From a bacterium (GTDB lineage Bacteria; UBP7; UBA6624; JBBIMK01), in assembly GCA_037444445.1 (NCBI GenBank), contig JBBIMK010000047.1, positions 1-8,878 on the forward strand: a DNA stretch of 8,878 nt, written 5' to 3'. How positions within the stretch are numbered: the first letter of the stretch is position 1; each line of letters starts with the position of its first letter. A model generated the notes under the pieces. That model made no database searches, was not told where the DNA came from, and worked only from the letters and a program-made list of their open reading frames with translations. The position numbers were made by a program, and so were the translations under genes. Of this stretch, positions 6,815 to 8,878 are shown one piece after another.

Positions 6815-8065
6815 TTATATTGTATCACCCCTTTCAGGCAATTTCAAGAGCCAGAGAAAAGTATCAGGACGCCGTAAATCCTCCATCCCTTCCACTACCA
6901 CATATTCACCATCCGGAGAAAAGATTGCCCGGTTCACTTTCACCAGCTTCTTCACCACCTCCTTTGTTCCATTCACCTCCAAGTATAACTCTCCTGGTTG
7001 GTTGAGAAAGGTGAAAAGATACATCCCCTCCCTCACATCCAGTATCCTCCGTAAATAGTTCTGACGCCTCACCTCTCCCGTCCTCAGGTTCCACCGGCTC
7101 TCCCAGTTAAATAGCACGGAGTTCACATTTTCCTTTTCCAGAAACACGAGTTCATCCTCCGATACCCATCCTACGGGGTAGACAGGATGATTGCCTGCCG
7201 ACCAGGCTGTAAGGAGCCGGATGTCTGGAGCCAACACGAGTATCTCAAAACGGGCTTCGTGAGTTTTCCATCCTTGAGCCACCGCTAACGCTATACTTTT
7301 AGAAACAGGAGAAACCACCCCACGAATGGGCACTTTCTCCTGAATTTCTCTGGAAATCCCTGTGGGGAATTGCCATGTATCGTGGGTAGAAACAAAGAAT
7401 CCATTTTTTTCACCCTGGCAAAGAAAGAGGAAATTTTCATCTCCAGCGGGTAAAATCTGGGAAGAACGGCAGGAATTAAGAATTCGCCCCTGGGGCACCC
7501 ATCCCTGAGCACCAGATGTGGAAGAACCACCTCGTTGAAACAGGGTATCACCTAAAAAAACGATATCACCATTCCGATTCCAGAGGACTCCTGCACCATC
7601 ACCAGACACCTCCAATCTTTCTGCCCTGGAGGTAGGAATGTTCAAAATCCCCGCTTCCTTACGAGTGCCGGTTTGCGAACTGCCGATATATGCGATGAAC
7701 TTCCCATCCGGGCTAAAAGCAAAAGAAGTGATGGATATACCGGAAGTCAACTGTACCGGCGAACTTTCCTTCTGCTTCCATTTCCATACGGCTAAATCCC
7801 GAACTTCCTCCATTCCCATCACATCAAACCGGGTCAAGAATGCCAGCCACCGCCCGTCCGGTGAGAACTGTGGAGCCTGATTGATGAAGCCCAGCCCTAT
7901 ACGCATTTCCTGAATGGTGGCGGTGGAATTCCACCGCTGGCATGCCAACCCAATGAATAATAATCCAACCCCTACCCCTCCTCTGATGCTTGCCGACCTT
8001 CGCAGGATAGGATAGCGTTTCACTTTGCCATTCGTTACATGTAGCTCTTCAAAGTTTGCCGTCAC
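6815..8065 (-). CDS. Membrane-anchored PD40/TolB-like (WD40-like) beta-propeller repeat protein, function unknown
   Basis: Three clear PD40 signatures are present (FSPDGRWLAF, FSPDGKFIAY, FSPDGEYVVV). The N-terminus has a basic tail (KVKRYPILRRSASIR) followed by one hydrophobic segment, GGVGVGLLFIGLAC (about 7940..7981), consistent with a signal anchor. No catalytic domain was recognised. The GTG start at 8065 has only a weak purine-rich SD (GAAAGA). Confidence 0.7.
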   Translation of the reverse strand: MTANFEELHVTNGKVKRYPILRRSASIRGGVGVGLLFIGLACQRWNSTATIQEMRIGLGFINQAPQFSPDGRWLAFLTRFDVMGMEEVRDLAVWKWKQKESSPVQLTSGISITSFAFSPDGKFIAYIGSSQTGTRKEAGILNIPTSRAERLEVSGDGAGVLWNRNGDIVFLGDTLFQRGGSSTSGAQGWVPQGRILNSCRSSQILPAGDENFLFLCQGEKNGFFVSTHDTWQFPTGISREIQEKVPIRGVVSPVSKSIALAVAQGWKTHEARFEILVLAPDIRLLTAWSAGNHPVYPVGWVSEDELVFLEKENVNSVLFNWESRWNLRTGEVRRQNYLRRILDVREGMYLFTFLNQPGELYLEVNGTKEVVKKLVKVNRAIFSPDGEYVVVEGMEDLRRPDTFLWLLKLPERGDTI

Positions 8066-8119
8066 TGAATTCTTTCGTCGTCTAAACTTGTAGTTACCCT
8101 CAGCACCTGATGCAGTGGG

Positions 8120-8446
8120 TCAAATCTGGTACCCAAAACCTCTCAAAACTTTTTTACCATCCTCCGTAATCATAGAGGGTTGCCAGGGAGGGTCCCAGAC
8201 CACGTTCACCATCGCATCTTCCACGCCTGGAATCTGCAGGATGGCTTCTCGGGCGCTGGCGCCGATAGGTCCATACATGGGGCATCCCGGCGCTGTCAGG
8301 GTCATTTCCACATACACCCGCTCCCCTTGCGTTCCCGGCTCCACCTCCACCCGATAAACCAGCCCCAGATCCACCACATTCACGGGGATTTCCGGGTCAT
8401 ATACATTTTTTAAGGCTTCCAGCACCTGCTCTTTTGTAACCGCCAT
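8120..8446 (-). CDS. sufT: DUF59/MIP18-family Fe-S cluster assembly factor (SufT-like)
   Basis: It is 108 aa and carries the family hallmarks VYDPEIPVNVVDLGLVY, MTLTAPGCP (conserved Cys) and VNVVWDPPW. A strong SD AGGAGGGAG sits 4-7 nt before ATG 8446. Confidence 0.85.
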   Translation of the reverse strand: MAVTKEQVLEALKNVYDPEIPVNVVDLGLVYRVEVEPGTQGERVYVEMTLTAPGCPMYGPIGASAREAILQIPGVEDAMVNVVWDPPWQPSMITEDGKKVLRGFGYQI

Positions 8447-8475
8447 TTTTCTCCCTCCTGAAGTGTTCCACCCTC

Positions 8476-8504
8476 TTTATCTCATTTTTTCCTCCTGCTG
8501 TCAA
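8476..8504 (-). promoter_or_regulatory. Possible sigma70 promoter upstream of sufT: -35 TTGACA (8499..8504), 17-nt spacer, TGa-GATAAA extended -10 (8476..8481)
   Basis: The minus strand reads cTTGACAgcaggaggaaaaaaTGaGATAAAgagggtgg. The -35 is perfect and the -10 matches 4 of 6 positions with an upstream TG. It lies in the 136-nt gap before sufT. Confidence 0.35.
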
Positions 8505-8582
8505 GCCCTTCACCCGAACACATGAAACTCTACAGGGTTCCATCAGCGGAATAATAGGAAGGGAGAAACCTTGTGAAGCCAC

Positions 8583-8878
8583 TCAGGAAAAGGATAAGGC
8601 CCATTTTACCGCCTTACACCAGGATAACTGCGAGGGGTGAGGGACTTCGTAAAATCCATCTTCAAAGGCTCCCGAAATCTCTGTGGAGTAATCTGGTACA
8701 TCGTCGTTCATCTTGTCCACTTGCATAAAGAGTTTGCGCCAGACACTGAAGGAGTGGGTAATGGGGGCGCTCTCAATCTGTGGAAAGCAGTCCTTGAACA
8801 AGCAGGCTTTCAGCCGGTAATTGTTCCCGCCGTATTTCGTCACCGTCAGCATCCCACCTTTATTGTAGCAGATTTTGA
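8583..8878 (-). CDS. Partial hypothetical protein (C-terminal ~98 aa visible; the frame stays open to the right edge)
   Basis: The frame continues upstream of the listed Met (..KICYNKGG-MLTVTKYGGNNYRL...) with no stop before position 8878, so the Met at 8852 is probably internal. TGA stop at 8583..8585. No family motif was recognised. The sequence is Cys/Trp/Phe-rich compared with its neighbours. Confidence 0.5.
   Translation of the reverse strand, partial: KICYNKGGMLTVTKYGGNNYRLKACLFKDCFPQIESAPITHSFSVWRKLFMQVDKMNDDVPDYSTEISGAFEDGFYEVPHPSQLSWCKAVKWALSFS

Noticed and set aside
7404-7560. Two 7-nt homopolymer runs (T7 at 7404..7410 and A7 at 7554..7560) inside the PD40 gene, considered as possible frameshift or phase-variation sites
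   Set aside because: The reading frame is intact across both runs (..QGEKNGFF.. and ..GDIVFLGD..). A length of 7 is unremarkable, and no alternative-frame ORF continues from either site.
8066-8122. The sufT TGA stop is in the same frame as the PD40 ORF, separated by 18 stop-free codons, which raised the possibility of readthrough or selenocysteine fusion
   Set aside because: Sharing a frame has a one-in-three chance. SufT/DUF59 proteins normally end about here (..GFGYQI). I found no SECIS-like hairpin just downstream of the TGA. A fusion would also place a cytosolic Fe-S factor in front of a signal anchor.
8397-8582. 61-aa minus-strand ORF spanning the gap upstream of sufT and overlapping its start
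   Set aside because: It overlaps the predicted sufT promoter, SD and start in another frame. It has no SD of its own, and its sequence is basic and low-complexity.
1-8878. Search for mobile elements, CRISPR arrays, tRNA/rRNA genes and defence or toxin-antitoxin modules
   Set aside because: None was found. There are no spaced direct repeats, no transposase, integrase or recombinase motifs, no cloverleaf-like sequences, and no small paired ORFs. Apart from the three intergenic gaps described, every stretch is accounted for by a recognisable housekeeping gene, the PD40 protein or the partial edge ORFs.

Overview
This window looks like ordinary core genome, not an accessory island. About 8.1 kb of the 8.9 kb is one densely packed run of minus-strand housekeeping genes. 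Read 5'->3' on the minus strand they are: a partial unrecognised ORF at the right edge, sufT (DUF59 Fe-S assembly factor), a membrane-anchored PD40/TolB-like beta-propeller protein, a CBS-less GuaB3-family IMP-dehydrogenase-related protein, guaA, hpt, rho and dnaG. Junctions are very short or overlapping: GTGA at GuaB3-like/guaA, a 10-nt overlap at guaA/hpt, 30 nt at hpt/rho and 15 nt at rho/dnaG. This suggests one long transcription unit. I see no transposase, integrase, tRNA, rRNA, CRISPR array or recognisable defence, toxin or secretion genes, and I do not claim a novel multi-gene system. The least explained part is the ~330-nt non-coding stretch downstream of dnaG (1-330). On the minus strand it holds a near-perfect sigma70 promoter (TTGACA, 16 nt, TGaTATAAT). 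That is followed by a ~200-nt region with long-range complementary arms, a (CAGG)5.75 tetranucleotide microsatellite at the apex of a hairpin, and a perfect 18-bp GC/AT palindrome with a U-rich tail that resembles an intrinsic terminator. A perfect anti-SD match (AGGAGGTGAT) then sits 8 nt before a GTG-initiated ORF that runs off the left edge. This layout is typical of a riboswitch or attenuator leader, but I cannot match it to any RNA family I know. Two start codons probably need trimming from the ORF track: rho to ATG 3455 and the GuaB3-like gene to ATG 6780. The long plus-strand ORFs inside these genes are treated as shadow ORFs.
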